Sequence record: PZ179880.1
Length of the DNA stretch: 64,000 bases
Direction: 5' to 3' (one strand)
Origin: a phage
The translations under genes were made by a program, and so were the position numbers. Below, one piece after another: positions 1 through 9,595 of this stretch (the first letter of the stretch is position 1; every line of letters starts with the position of its first letter). The notes under the pieces are model-generated. The model did not search any database and was not told the DNA's origin. It saw only the letters and a list, made by a program, of their open reading frames with translations.

Positions 1-240
1 GATCCATTCACAAACATCATATCAGCATTTACATCATGACACAATGCTTTTGCTACAGTTGTTTTACCTGTTCCTGGAGAAGGAGAATGAAGAATAATAT
101 GTGGAATCTTACCTTTACTTGTAATAGATTTAAAGGTTTCTTTATCAAAGGCGGGAAGAATACATTCATCGATAGTAGATGGACGATATTTCTGTTCAAG
201 AATGTGTTCTTTTTCATTTACGGTAATCATAATTTCCTCA
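1..240 (-). CDS. 44: Clamp loader subunit gp44, first 80 codons only (start codon at 238-240; rest of gene lies beyond the window start)
   Basis: Minus-strand translation from 240 reads MITVNEKEHILEQKYRPSTIDECILPAF...SPSPGTGKTT (Walker A); lies immediately downstream of gene 45 as in T4. Confidence 0.85.
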
Positions 241-262
241 TTCAAGTTTTAGTGTAAATTAT

Positions 263-280
263 AAAGGGCCGAAGCCCTTT
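263..280 (-). other. Intercistronic stem-loop (UUCG tetraloop on the transcript) between genes 45 and 44
   Basis: aaagggccgaagcccttt perfect hairpin directly after the gene 45 stop; same 20-nt sequence recurs at 4973-4990. Confidence 0.5.
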
Positions 281-281
281 A

Positions 282-968
282 TTAAAAATCGTGGGTAGAA
301 TCAGCTTCAAGAGCTACCACATAATTCGCGTGTTCACCTTCAAATTTAGCAGCACCTTGTTTACCTTTTGCCCAGAGCAGAAGTTTATAATTTCCTGGTT
401 GCATTTTCATATTTGCCATATTGATAATGAAATTAAATGTATTTTCACCATCATAATCACCAAGAGTCAAAGAATATTTAACACGGGTCAAAGCAGAATC
501 TTCTACTTTATTAAAACCGTTAATTACGATTTTACCTTCTTTTACTGTGATAGCAATTGTATCAATCTGCAGACCGCGAGATACACGCAACAGCTGTTGA
601 AGGTCTTCAGCTTTAATTTCAGTAACAACAGATGCTACCGGGAATGGAATTGGTTTATTAGGAGCAACTACTGTACTCGGATCGGCTGCTGGCCAAAAAA
701 TTGTTGAGCGGGCATCAGCAATTTTAATATTTCCATCTTCTGACTGGGAAATTTCTGCATCATCATTAACTAGAGACAGAATACCGAGAAAACCGTTCAA
801 ATCGTAAATCGCTACATCAAAATCAATAGTGTCAGAAATATTTGCTTCTGCATAAGTTGTACCATTAACTGCGCGAGTCATAATAAATTGACCAGATTTA
901 AGCATAATACCGGAGTTAATAGTAGCGAAATTTTTAAGCAGAGCAGTAGTATCTTTAGACAGTTTCAT
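282..968 (-). CDS. 45: DNA polymerase sliding clamp gp45 (228 aa)
   Basis: ORF begins MKLSKDTTALLKNFATINSGIMLKSGQFIMTRAV, the T4 gp45 sequence and length. Confidence 0.95.
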   Translation of the reverse strand: MKLSKDTTALLKNFATINSGIMLKSGQFIMTRAVNGTTYAEANISDTIDFDVAIYDLNGFLGILSLVNDDAEISQSEDGNIKIADARSTIFWPAADPSTVVAPNKPIPFPVASVVTEIKAEDLQQLLRVSRGLQIDTIAITVKEGKIVINGFNKVEDSALTRVKYSLTLGDYDGENTFNFIINMANMKMQPGNYKLLLWAKGKQGAAKFEGEHANYVVALEADSTHDF

Positions 969-996
969 GTAATTTCCTTCAATTCAAATGAGATTT

Positions 997-1022
997 AATT
1001 TTATAACTAATTTAATAAAGCA
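997..1022 (-). promoter_or_regulatory. Candidate MotA-dependent middle promoter upstream of gene 45
   Basis: Minus strand reads aTTGCTTtattaaattagtTATAAAAT: a MotA-box-like TGCTT about 12 nt upstream of a -10-like element. Confidence 0.3.
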
Positions 1023-1023
1023 A

Positions 1024-1413
1024 TTAACGATTAAAATCAGCAGCAATTGTTTCCGCAACAATTTGAGCAGCAACAATTAGACGTTCATCTGCATTGCCGC
1101 AATATTCATCTTCAAGGCGTTCACCACATGAAGTCATAATAAATTTAGCACCGGCGTTTAGAGATTCTGTAGTATGTTTGCGCATTAGTTCAATCCATTT
1201 ATTACTTACTTCACGATCGATAGCTTCATAATACGCATGACGAGCAGGTGCAGATTTAATTTTGCTCTGAATAACTTCCATTGCGTTATTAGAAAGAGAC
1301 AAAACCCATGCTCGACGAATTTTATTTTGGTTTTGTGGATTTGATTCAGAACGCACGTGTTTTGGCTGAATATCTTTTACATCAACAGTATAATTCACAG
1401 TAATTTTAGTCAT
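1024..1413 (-). CDS. rpbA: RNA polymerase-binding protein RpbA (129 aa)
   Basis: 129-aa ORF immediately upstream of gene 45, matching T4 rpbA position and length. Confidence 0.7.
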   Translation of the reverse strand: MTKITVNYTVDVKDIQPKHVRSESNPQNQNKIRRAWVLSLSNNAMEVIQSKIKSAPARHAYYEAIDREVSNKWIELMRKHTTESLNAGAKFIMTSCGERLEDEYCGNADERLIVAAQIVAETIAADFNR

Positions 1414-1422
1414 AATACACCT

Positions 1423-1611
1423 TTAGTCATAATAATCAGTAACAGTCCAAGCTTCATTTCTGTTGGACATTATTTTCGTATATTCTGATTTAAATGCATT
1501 CTTAAGCATAGATTCAGTAACTATATGCTCTTCATTAGAAAAATTATTTCTCAGAATATATCGTTTTATTTCAGGAATAGTTAATAGATGCTGTCCAGTT
1601 GAATATTCCAT
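1423..1611 (-). CDS. Hypothetical small protein (62 aa)
   Basis: ORF in the operon gap between gene 46 and rpbA; start coupled to neighbours. Confidence 0.5.
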   Translation of the reverse strand: MEYSTGQHLLTIPEIKRYILRNNFSNEEHIVTESMLKNAFKSEYTKIMSNRNEAWTVTDYYD

Positions 1612-1666
1612 GTTTTTCCTCCATAGAGATTATACTCTAATAAATTAAAGCATAATCTCTTATAAA

Positions 1667-3349
1667 TTAAACCATTACAGTAAATCGACCAACTTTCTTC
1701 ATTTGAAGATGCTGACCATATTCTTGCGGGTCATGGTCTTTATGCGAAATTATAAAAACATTAGTGTTTTTCATTGAATTTATAATATTAGCTACACCTT
1801 TAATACCTTCGGCATCAAATGACCCATCAAACACTTCATCAAGAATTAATGTACTAATACTAACACCAGATACGATAGAAGCAATATCACGCCAAGTAAA
1901 TAAAAGAGCAATATCAATTCGTGCCTTTTCACCTTCACTAAATGAAGCATAACTAAAATCTTCACGACCACGGGATTTAATTGTCTCATTAAATTCTTCA
2001 TCTAATGTAAACACATAATCCGCTTCCATTATTTTAAGATAATGGTTAATCTGCTTATTAAATAATGGAATGTACTTTTTAATAATAGCACCTTTAATAC
2101 CAGAATCTTTGAGCATATCAGTCAAAATTCCTCGGTGGTATTTTTCCATTACTAAATTAGTTTTTGTCTTAACAATTTTATCAAGTTCTTCTTGAAGCAA
2201 TGCTATTTCATCAGCATGGTCAATAAACTCGGATGATGCTTTTTCTATAGCTGCTTTAACTTTTTTAGCTTTATCTACCGTCGTGATTAAGGATTGCTTT
2301 TTATTGCGAATATCATTTGCCAACGACTGCTGGGTTTTAATATTATCTCGGTATTCATCAACAAGAACTTTTAAATTATCACGGTGTGTTGAAAGCTGTT
2401 CAAACGAATGCGTACATTCAGAAACTTTATCTTTAATTTTAGAAACAACTTTATCACCGGAACTTAATTGTGACAAACAGGTTGGACATAATCCACCTTC
2501 GTGATACATATTAATGACTTTATTATACGAGTCAATTTTTGATTTAATTAAAACTGCTTCTTGACCGATTTTATTAAATGCATCAGTCGGGTCTTCATCT
2601 AAAACAATATTAACTAATCTTTCATTAGCTTCTTCTATTTCCGATTTTAGCGTTCTAGCTTCTTTTGCCAAATCATCATACATATTTTGAAGACGAGTAA
2701 GGTTGTCACCCGTTAATTTTTTCTGGCGTTCAACGTTATCATTATATATTTTAATTTGTTGGATAATACTATCTTTTTTAACGTCAAGCACTTGGTTTTG
2801 TGAATTTAATTCACGTATTAGTGCTTTATTAAGCTTATCCATTTCAGCTAATGTTCCTACCTCAAGCAGGTCTTCCACAAGCTTTCTTCGCGCAGGGGTC
2901 GACAAACCCATGAAAGGGGTATACCCTGCTGTACCAAGGACAACAATCTGCTTGAAACTGGCATATGACATTCCGATAAGCTGTTCAAATTCTGCTTGGA
3001 AATCTTTACTGCTGGCAGATTCATTAAGACGTGTACCGTTAACGGTGATTTCGAAAACGTTTGGTTTTTGTCCTCTTTTGATATAGTACTTTTTCTCATC
3101 ATATTCCATCCACAGTTCAACTAAAAGTTCTTTCTTATTTGTGCTGTTTATTAATTGGCCTTTCTTTACATCACGAAATGGCTTGCCAAAAAGCCCAAAT
3201 GTGATGGCTTCTAACATAGTAGACTTACCACCGCCATTTCGTCCAGTAATAAGAGTTTTTTGAACCTTATCTAATTGAATGTCAATAGGATTTCCACCTA
3301 CTGACATTATATTTTGATATCTAACTCGGTTTAGTTTAAAATTCTTCAC
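1667..3349 (-). CDS. 46: Recombination endonuclease subunit gp46 (Rad50/SbcC-like ATPase, 560 aa)
   Basis: Walker A GRNGGGKST near N-terminus, long coiled-coil middle, CxxC zinc hook (GGLCPTCLS), C-terminal ABC signature region; T4 gp46 length. Confidence 0.95.
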   Translation of the reverse strand: MKNFKLNRVRYQNIMSVGGNPIDIQLDKVQKTLITGRNGGGKSTMLEAITFGLFGKPFRDVKKGQLINSTNKKELLVELWMEYDEKKYYIKRGQKPNVFEITVNGTRLNESASSKDFQAEFEQLIGMSYASFKQIVVLGTAGYTPFMGLSTPARRKLVEDLLEVGTLAEMDKLNKALIRELNSQNQVLDVKKDSIIQQIKIYNDNVERQKKLTGDNLTRLQNMYDDLAKEARTLKSEIEEANERLVNIVLDEDPTDAFNKIGQEAVLIKSKIDSYNKVINMYHEGGLCPTCLSQLSSGDKVVSKIKDKVSECTHSFEQLSTHRDNLKVLVDEYRDNIKTQQSLANDIRNKKQSLITTVDKAKKVKAAIEKASSEFIDHADEIALLQEELDKIVKTKTNLVMEKYHRGILTDMLKDSGIKGAIIKKYIPLFNKQINHYLKIMEADYVFTLDEEFNETIKSRGREDFSYASFSEGEKARIDIALLFTWRDIASIVSGVSISTLILDEVFDGSFDAEGIKGVANIINSMKNTNVFIISHKDHDPQEYGQHLQMKKVGRFTVMV

Positions 3350-3609
3350 AAAAGATTCCTTTTAATGTATCTTTTAGACCATTCTATCATATCATCATAA
3401 TCTAAAAAGTATTCATCAAATTCAGCCATGCAAACAACGCCTTGTGCTGTTTTTGATGTAATATAAATTATTCCAACATATCTAGAATCTTCTTCGGTAT
3501 AATCAATGTTTGCTATGAATTCATCATTAATGTCAAATGTCGAAAACTTCACAGTATGCATCCTTAATACAAGATACGGCCATATCTCGCAATGATTTAG
3601 GTGTGTCAT
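3346..3609 (-). CDS. Hypothetical protein (start uncertain; likely an internal Met)
   Basis: ORF between genes 47 and 46; 5' end overlaps the upstream ORF. Confidence 0.4.
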   Translation of the reverse strand: MTHLNHCEIWPYLVLRMHTVKFSTFDINDEFIANIDYTEEDSRYVGIIYITSKTAQGVVCMAEFDEYFLDYDDMIEWSKRYIKRNLL

Positions 3610-3796
3610 TATCTAAAATGTTGAAGTTAAAAGATACAGCCCAGTCAGTGCAGACCGTGACCTTTTTAATACAATTATCTTCAACCTCTAGCGGTTCAAA
3701 CCAATATTCAATAATTTCTTTATGCCCAATATCATCTTTTACTTCGCATTCAAAATGCTGACTCATCATAACATTTTTAAATTCATCAAAAGTCAT
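3533..3796 (-). CDS. Hypothetical protein (87 aa)
   Basis: ORF whose start overlaps the gene 47 stop (coupled arrangement). Confidence 0.5.
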   Translation of the reverse strand: MTFDEFKNVMMSQHFECEVKDDIGHKEIIEYWFEPLEVEDNCIKKVTVCTDWAVSFNFNILDNDTPKSLRDMAVSCIKDAYCEVFDI

Positions 3797-4812
3797 TGTG
3801 TTGCCTCTACATATAACTGATTTGCATATTGAATAAGTGCTTCACGGTCAGAATCAGTGATGTCTGGAATTGCATTAATGTATTCTTCCATCAACGTCTG
3901 AAGAGATTGAACTTCAACTTCTTCACTGTCATCTGACTCGACAGAGTTATCAATCTTTGACACAACTCGTAATGAATGCACAACTTTTTCTAGTTCAGAT
4001 TCGAACTTCGTTAGATTTTTGTCTACTTCAGTTACTATAACACGTACTGATAGATTTGTAAAATCTTTATAGTCAATTTTTCCTTTAAATGGATAATGAA
4101 TTCTACGATGCCAGGTAGTGTTGTTTGGAATAAATTCCATTCGTTCTGTTTCTGTATCAAACATCCAGAACCCACGAGGGTCATTCTCGTCACCTGCAGT
4201 TAGTGTCCATGGTGTCCCAATATATCTGACGTTAGCAGCCTCAGAGATAGTATGGAAGTGACCAGACCACACCTCTTTATAAGTCTTAAGGAAATCAGGT
4301 TCAAGACCGTGAGATTTCATTCCTTTATAAAAATAAAATCCATTCAGTTCCCAGTGACCGACGCAAAAAGAAGCAGATGAAGTTTTGATGTGCTCAAGAA
4401 TTTCACCAGTATTTTCTTCACACATCCAAGGAATTAAATCAATTAAACATCCGTCAAAATCTACTGTAGTAGGCTTATCATATACTTTAACATTAGGATA
4501 TTTAGCCAAAAGCTCAGTAGAGGCATTTGGAGTTAAAGTATTTTTAAAGTGCATATCATGGTTTCCTACAACAGTATGTAGGGTAATACCAGCATCATCA
4601 AGCATTTGAACTATTTCACGAGCGAACTCCATAGTTTTATGCGTGATTGCTTTTCGCACATCAAAAATATCGCCGTATTGAATCCATGTAGTAATTCCAT
4701 TTTTCTTAGAATATTCTATTGCTTGTTTAATTCCATCCAACTGAATGGATTGAACCCACTCATCATCGGCTTTAACGCCTAAATGCCAATCACCTAAATT
4801 TAAAATTTTCAT
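3793..4812 (-). CDS. 47: Recombination endonuclease subunit gp47 (Mre11/SbcD-like phosphoesterase, 339 aa)
   Basis: Calcineurin-like phosphoesterase motifs (LGDWHLG, GDIFD, GNHD, GHWE) and T4 gp47 length. Confidence 0.95.
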   Translation of the reverse strand: MKILNLGDWHLGVKADDEWVQSIQLDGIKQAIEYSKKNGITTWIQYGDIFDVRKAITHKTMEFAREIVQMLDDAGITLHTVVGNHDMHFKNTLTPNASTELLAKYPNVKVYDKPTTVDFDGCLIDLIPWMCEENTGEILEHIKTSSASFCVGHWELNGFYFYKGMKSHGLEPDFLKTYKEVWSGHFHTISEAANVRYIGTPWTLTAGDENDPRGFWMFDTETERMEFIPNNTTWHRRIHYPFKGKIDYKDFTNLSVRVIVTEVDKNLTKFESELEKVVHSLRVVSKIDNSVESDDSEEVEVQSLQTLMEEYINAIPDITDSDREALIQYANQLYVEATQ

Positions 4813-4974
4813 ATATCAAGAACCGTCATTGAAATGCAAAATAAAATTATTGAAATAAACCCATCTGGCGTGCTAAAGAAACCAATCCAGCATGCTCTAG
4901 TGAATAGATAAAATGCAAGAAAAAGTATCACATATCCAAGAAATATCATTATATCAAACTCCGTATAAAGCTAA

Positions 4975-4988
4975 AGGGCCGAAGCCCT
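4975..4988 (-). terminator. UUCG-tetraloop hairpin at the 3' end of a-gt
   Basis: agggccgaagccct perfect stem-loop at the a-gt stop codon. Confidence 0.45.
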
Positions 4989-6191
4989 TTATTTTGTAAT
5001 AATGTCAAACTGTTCTTTAAAGCAGAAGCTTGAATCTTGATGCTGATACAAAAATTCATATGCTTTTTCTCGCTCACGGTCATAAAGAGCTCGGTCAGAT
5101 GACAGTTCTTTAATACGTTCAAACGTTGATTCCATATCATTTTCATCAAACCAAATGATACCGCTATCATGCGAGGTCAAAGGAGTATTATCAACACGGA
5201 ATTTTAAATTTTCGCCAGTAGATTTCCAAAATACCGGAATTGTTCCACATGCACCAAGCTCGAGATGAGTATATTCTAAAGAACGTTGTAGATATTTTTT
5301 GTCCAACTTACTCAGCTGATAACCAAATCCGGATTTACTCATGCGTTCAAGCATTTCGCTATTTACATAACGGTCAAGAATTTGCGTTGGCAAATTAGGA
5401 GCAATTTTAATTTGGTCTACTTGATGAAGACGATAATACTCGTATGGAATTCCTTTTTCTTTAATAGGAATGAACGCTGGAGAACGTTCCAGACCTTCCA
5501 TAATAGTACTTAGTCCTGCAGGTTTAAGATGTTTTTCATGAAAATCAAACATCTGATAAAAACCTTTCCATGTAGTCGTACGACCAATCCAACGGTTGAT
5601 ATTCATGTTAATTTCAGAAACATCTTTCCAGTAGGTTGATCTAACCTTCGCAATATCCATAGGAGGCTGAAAGTTATATACTGTCGGCGCTTCTTCAATA
5701 TCATCAAACAAAGAAACTGTTTCAGGATACCATTCTTTCATCAGAACTTTATTAAAATCGCCATTATCAGAATGACTAAAAATAACATCAGCTCGACGAA
5801 CAGTTTCTTCTAATCCCAAATTTCGGCGCAAAGAAAGAGAAGAATGGTCATGTTGATAAACTACAACACGAACCGAAGGTTTAATGTTATCAATAATTTT
5901 TTTATAGTTATTAATAGTGTCTTCTTCAACTGAAGTAGCAGGAACTGAATTGATAATTAGAATATCACAATCATTTACCAGCTTAAGTGTTTTATCGTAT
6001 TCTTTTGCCAATAAAACCGGAATTGAAAATGATTTATAATCATGCGCACAATTACGAGTAAATGATTTATCTTTAGCATAAACCAAAGTTACTTCATGAC
6101 CATTTTTAATAAACCAATCACGCTGCTCAAGAGAAAATTTAGTTACACCGCAACCTTCAAGACCTCGAGCCATAAAAATACATACTTTCAT
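4989..6191 (-). CDS. agt: DNA alpha-glucosyltransferase (400 aa)
   Basis: 400-aa ORF, N-terminus MKVCIFMARGLEGCGVTKF, position after gene 47 as in T4. Confidence 0.85.
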   Translation of the reverse strand: MKVCIFMARGLEGCGVTKFSLEQRDWFIKNGHEVTLVYAKDKSFTRNCAHDYKSFSIPVLLAKEYDKTLKLVNDCDILIINSVPATSVEEDTINNYKKIIDNIKPSVRVVVYQHDHSSLSLRRNLGLEETVRRADVIFSHSDNGDFNKVLMKEWYPETVSLFDDIEEAPTVYNFQPPMDIAKVRSTYWKDVSEINMNINRWIGRTTTWKGFYQMFDFHEKHLKPAGLSTIMEGLERSPAFIPIKEKGIPYEYYRLHQVDQIKIAPNLPTQILDRYVNSEMLERMSKSGFGYQLSKLDKKYLQRSLEYTHLELGACGTIPVFWKSTGENLKFRVDNTPLTSHDSGIIWFDENDMESTFERIKELSSDRALYDREREKAYEFLYQHQDSSFCFKEQFDIITK

Positions 6192-6241
6192 TTAATATCC
6201 TCTTTGTTTTGGTTTATTTTACCAAAAATTTATAAAGCAAT

Positions 6242-6261
6242 ATAGGAGCCGAAGCTCCTAT
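6242..6261 (-). other. Stem-loop (GAAG/UUCG loop) upstream of a-gt
   Basis: ataggagccgaagctcctat inverted repeat. Confidence 0.4.
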
Positions 6262-6434
6262 CCACATAATACGCCATACAGAGGCTCGTTAGAACTTTTA
6301 AATTTTATGCGCTTATATTTTATAGTTCCTTCTGCTTTAGCTTTATCATGAGACTCTTTAAAGCGTCTCATCATTTCCTCTTTAGAGGAACGAATTTTAT
6401 TATAATCTATTTCAGAAGTCTGGGTGTTCATCTT

Positions 6435-6641
6435 TCATAGTTTCCACCATTTTTTGACTTGATAGGAATCAACCCACACTTTCATATTAGGGTCTGCTCT
6501 TACAATAGGAGGATTAACTTCTTTAATTGAACTATCATGGTATTCTTTTTCAGAAATTTTCACACAAAGATGACCATTTAAAGATTCAGTAAATCCTGCA
6601 TTAATTTTAAGACGCTTGAATTTTACGTGTGTAAGCATCAA
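6435..6641 (-). CDS. Hypothetical protein (68 aa)
   Basis: ORF in the 55/a-gt interval. Confidence 0.4.
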   Translation of the reverse strand: MMLTHVKFKRLKINAGFTESLNGHLCVKISEKEYHDSSIKEVNPPIVRADPNMKVWVDSYQVKKWWKL

Positions 6642-6924
6642 TCATATCCTCAATCTGCGATCTAGTAGTCTTCCAAAGAATACTGATGAGTTCATCGTTA
6701 TATGGCTGTTTCAGAATATCCCGACTTTTCTTGATAGCATATTCGTATTGAGCAAAATTATTGTTTTCAGCTGCGATCTGAGCGTGCTTATAAAGACGAT
6801 TCAGTTCGCGTTTGTTTTTAGACAATAACTTATTTGCTTTTCTTTCTGCTTCAAGACGGTTCTTTTCTTCAATAGAAGAAATAAGCTTTTCCACTTCATC
6901 ATTAATTTCGGGTTTATCAGTCAT
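6607..6924 (-). CDS. Hypothetical protein (105 aa), predicted helical
   Basis: ORF in the 55/a-gt interval. Confidence 0.5.
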   Translation of the reverse strand: MTDKPEINDEVEKLISSIEEKNRLEAERKANKLLSKNKRELNRLYKHAQIAAENNNFAQYEYAIKKSRDILKQPYNDELISILWKTTRSQIEDMIDAYTRKIQAS

Positions 6925-6925
6925 A

Positions 6926-7144
6926 TTATTTCTCTAATATAAAATAAAAATCATCATCTGTTAAATGATACCGATAGTTTAATTCTACACCATTAGATTT
7001 AAAAGCGGTATCATACGGATTTTCTGGATCAATATCAATGTCAAGAGCTAAAACTTCCCTGAGATACATTTTAAGTAAATAGGGAATAGCTTCAACTTCA
7101 GGTATTTCTTCTAAGAATCCGGAGAGGTTAATCGTTAGCCTCAT
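6926..7144 (-). CDS. Hypothetical acidic protein (72 aa)
   Basis: ORF immediately downstream of gene 55. Confidence 0.5.
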
Positions 7145-7685
7145 ATAAAAAATCCAAACTAGGAGAATCGTCTACAACACTTTTCTTTTCAGCCCCCGGT
7201 GTTCTATAGGTTGATTCTTCGTAATGCGTCATTTTATCGTAGATGTCTTGAATAAAAGTTTCATCTACTAACGCAACCATATCGTCGTCACGACTGTCAT
7301 AGACATTGTGAACGAAGTAACTGTATTTCTTTGCAACTTCCTTACGTTCTTTTTTAATACGTTGGACGAATGCATTAAAACAAGCTTGAGTTATATATGC
7401 ATGTGGGTTTTTATATTTCGTTTCATCAAAATTATGAAGCCCCTTAATAGAAGCTTCTATACCATCTGCAATCATTTCTTGTTTCCAGGATTGGGTGTAT
7501 CCTGAAAAGTTGAAACGTTTAGATAAGCCTTCTGCAATAAGCATAATGGCTAATCCGATGGTATCATTCTGACGAACTACTTTATTTGGGTCTTTATTAT
7601 TTGCTAATTCTGTTTTCCAATCAATAATAGCTTGTAAAAGCTCTTTATTGTTTACGTAATTATATTTAGGCTTAGTTTCTGACAT
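7128..7685 (-). CDS. 55: Late-transcription sigma factor gp55 (185 aa from [10 protein letters not shown])
   Basis: Sequence [32 protein letters not shown] matches T4 gp55; start set at the third codon of the track ORF. Confidence 0.9.
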
Positions 7686-7706
7686 TTTCACCTCTTAGCT
7701 CAATTC

Positions 7707-7752
7707 ATAGATCTATTATATCATAATATTTGAAGATCTATCTTAAAGCATA
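7707..7752 (-). promoter_or_regulatory. Promoter region upstream of gene 55: extended -10 TGATATAAT flanked by an 8-bp inverted repeat, with a MotA-box-like TGCTT further upstream
   Basis: Inverted-repeat arms atagatct (7707-7714) and agatctat (7734-7741) bracket the -10; taTGCTTta lies upstream on the minus strand. Confidence 0.3.
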
Positions 7753-7763
7753 GAGGATATCAG

Positions 7764-8033
7764 TTATCTAAGTAAACAGTATGCTTGGAACACTTTCTCC
7801 ATCATCTTTTTAAATTCATGAATATCTATGTAATGACTAGTTAAATCAGCATGATATAAAAAGTCTAAAAACTTTTCATGTGTGCTAACATATTCGCTTT
7901 CATTTAATTCAGAAACATGGCTTTCCCAATATCCAACACCAGTCTTATTTGGGAAAAATGAAATTTTCATGTATTGGTCAACATAGAAAATTCCATAATT
8001 TTCAATAGTAATAGAAATATTAATAAATTTCAT
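7764..8033 (-). CDS. Hypothetical protein (89 aa)
   Basis: ORF, coupled to the downstream ORF. Confidence 0.45.
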   Translation of the reverse strand: MKFINISITIENYGIFYVDQYMKISFFPNKTGVGYWESHVSELNESEYVSTHEKFLDFLYHADLTSHYIDIHEFKKMMEKVFQAYCLLR

Positions 8034-8245
8034 ACATTCATCAACTTAGCCGCTTCGAGAGCTGCATCTAATGAATCAAATTGATCGACATATTCAATTA
8101 ATTCGCCATAATTAGCATATAACCACCATTGGCTAAATTCATACTCAAGGATGAATCCGTTTCCTTCAATTTGAGTTAAACCAATGCCATTTGTATTTAC
8201 TTCATATCCGGCAAGACGTAAATCGTTAATAAGAGCTTCGTTCAT
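8030..8245 (-). CDS. Hypothetical protein (71 aa)
   Basis: ORF with stop/start coupling. Confidence 0.45.
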   Translation of the reverse strand: MNEALINDLRLAGYEVNTNGIGLTQIEGNGFILEYEFSQWWLYANYGELIEYVDQFDSLDAALEAAKLMNV

Positions 8246-8247
8246 AA

Positions 8248-8574
8248 TTATACCTTAGTAATTTTCAGGTCTGCAAATTTTTTCTTACGTTGATTTTTCA
8301 TGCGACGAATAGTTTTATCGGAAATTTCATGCTTTTGATAAGCTTTAGATTCTACACCAAAAGCTTTAACATCAAATTCTGACAAGATATATTGAACCAA
8401 CAATTCACGGACAGTATTGCGTCCAATCTTCTGATCATTCTGTTTCATCGTCTGATGAAGCTCTTTTTCCCATTTATCCAAAATTTGAGGAGTTACAATA
8501 TCGCCTTTTTCTAGCAAAGAAACTACTTTATCATATGCGTAAGAATTGATGGCGTTTTTAATTTGAATAGTCAT
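8248..8574 (-). CDS. Hypothetical protein (108 aa), basic C-terminus
   Basis: ORF preceded by a hairpin at 8614-8625. Confidence 0.5.
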   Translation of the reverse strand: MTIQIKNAINSYAYDKVVSLLEKGDIVTPQILDKWEKELHQTMKQNDQKIGRNTVRELLVQYILSEFDVKAFGVESKAYQKHEISDKTIRRMKNQRKKKFADLKITKV

Positions 8575-8613
8575 ACATTATCCTCAATTACGTTAAAATT
8601 TTATTATCCAAAA

Positions 8614-8625
8614 AGGGCCGAAGCC
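8614..8625 (-). terminator. UUCG-tetraloop hairpin
   Basis: gggccgaagccc immediately after the stop of ORF 8627-8827. Confidence 0.45.
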
Positions 8626-8626
8626 C

Positions 8627-8827
8627 TTAGCTAAACTTTTTGGCACCCTTCCAGCCTTCGTACATCATTGCGACTGACAATGACAAAGCTCCTTCACATG
8701 CTGCATACTTATTATTCCAGAACCAATTTAGAAAAACTTCATCCTCAATACCATTGTGTTTCATGTTCTGGAAAAATTTGGCGCGTTCTTCAGCAATTCG
8801 CTGCGATAATTTAGATTCAGGATTCAT
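8627..8827 (-). CDS. Hypothetical protein (66 aa)
   Basis: ORF. Confidence 0.45.
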   Translation of the reverse strand: MNPESKLSQRIAEERAKFFQNMKHNGIEDEVFLNWFWNNKYAACEGALSLSVAMMYEGWKGAKKFS

Positions 8828-8968
8828 TTAAATTTCCCAATTACCATTTTCATCAATAAATTTAATCCAGTCATTTACTGACCATTTAGTTGTATCGCCT
8901 TTTGGAGTAGCATTTAAAGTATATAGCCCCCTTGCTTAAAAAGCATTCGTTTGATATTCATATTTTCC

Positions 8969-9307
8969 TCAGCTGTAACGATAGCACTCGTTTGATTTAC
9001 GTTTAGCAACTCGTTGAGAAATATTATAATCAAAATCATCGTCAATGTAAACTGATTTTTTCAACTTTCTTACTTCACCACGTAATTGACGATTCAATTC
9101 ATTCTTAACCTCTGAATCAACACCTCGCATACGTCGCCATTTATCTGAGCGAAAAATGTTTTCAACCATATCTTTATGACTTACACCATCAGGAGCTTTA
9201 CGCTTTCCGAAATAGTCATAATCACGTACTTTTAAATCTTTACGACGATACGTTTTACCCATGGAGTTTAATTTCCTTAGCAACTGAACTAAATACAGCA
9301 CGGTCAC
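8969..9307 (-). CDS. Hypothetical basic protein (start probably an internal Met)
   Basis: Lys/Arg-rich ORF. Confidence 0.4.
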   Translation of the reverse strand: MTVLYLVQLLRKLNSMGKTYRRKDLKVRDYDYFGKRKAPDGVSHKDMVENIFRSDKWRRMRGVDSEVKNELNRQLRGEVRKLKKSVYIDDDFDYNISQRVAKRKSNECYRYS

Positions 9308-9437
9308 AAATCATCTGTTTATGTAACTTAAGTATAAGATAATAAACTTCAAAACCGTTTACGTAAGTAACACGAACAACATTACCATTAATAAAATAAT
9401 ATTGTCCCTTTTTAATTTCTTTATCAACCACAACCAT
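9255..9437 (-). CDS. Hypothetical protein (60 aa)
   Basis: ORF directly downstream of an early promoter. Confidence 0.45.
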   Translation of the reverse strand: MVVVDKEIKKGQYYFINGNVVRVTYVNGFEVYYLILKLHKQMICDRAVFSSVAKEIKLHG

Positions 9438-9467
9438 ATCAAATCCTCAAAGGCAATTCATATGTTA

Positions 9468-9496
9468 ATAATACCATAGTTTGAACTTCTTGTAAA
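9468..9496 (-). promoter_or_regulatory. sigma70-type early promoter (TTTACA, 17 nt, TATTAT)
   Basis: Minus strand TGTTTACAagaagttcaaactatggTATTAT. Confidence 0.45.
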
Positions 9497-9578
9497 CAAC
9501 TTTGTGAAAATTATTTTAGGGAATGATAAGAAGGGAACGATAGCTTAGAATGGTAATATACAGAATGTGAGAAAGAAA

Positions 9579-9593
9579 GGCCCAGAGGGCCCG
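9579..9593 (-). terminator. Rho-independent terminator after nrdH
   Basis: GGGCCCucuGGGCC hairpin followed by a U-rich tract on the minus-strand transcript. Confidence 0.5.
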
Positions 9594-9595
9594 TC

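Noticed and set aside
36-257. Plus-strand 73-aa ORF at the window start
   Set aside because: Entirely antisense to the gene 44 N-terminus, whose minus-strand translation is an unmistakable clamp-loader sequence; treated as a spurious antisense ORF.
291-707. Plus-strand ORFs antisense to established minus-strand genes (e.g. 291-707, 1764-1952, 2283-2504, 2703-3086, 4385-4609, 10704-10928, 12321-12602, 13424-13765, 14687-15016, 28229-28522, 31032-31421, 33349-33693, 34434-34748)
   Set aside because: Each lies inside a minus-strand gene with strong homology or operon context; low-complexity or odd composition; no RBS/promoter context.
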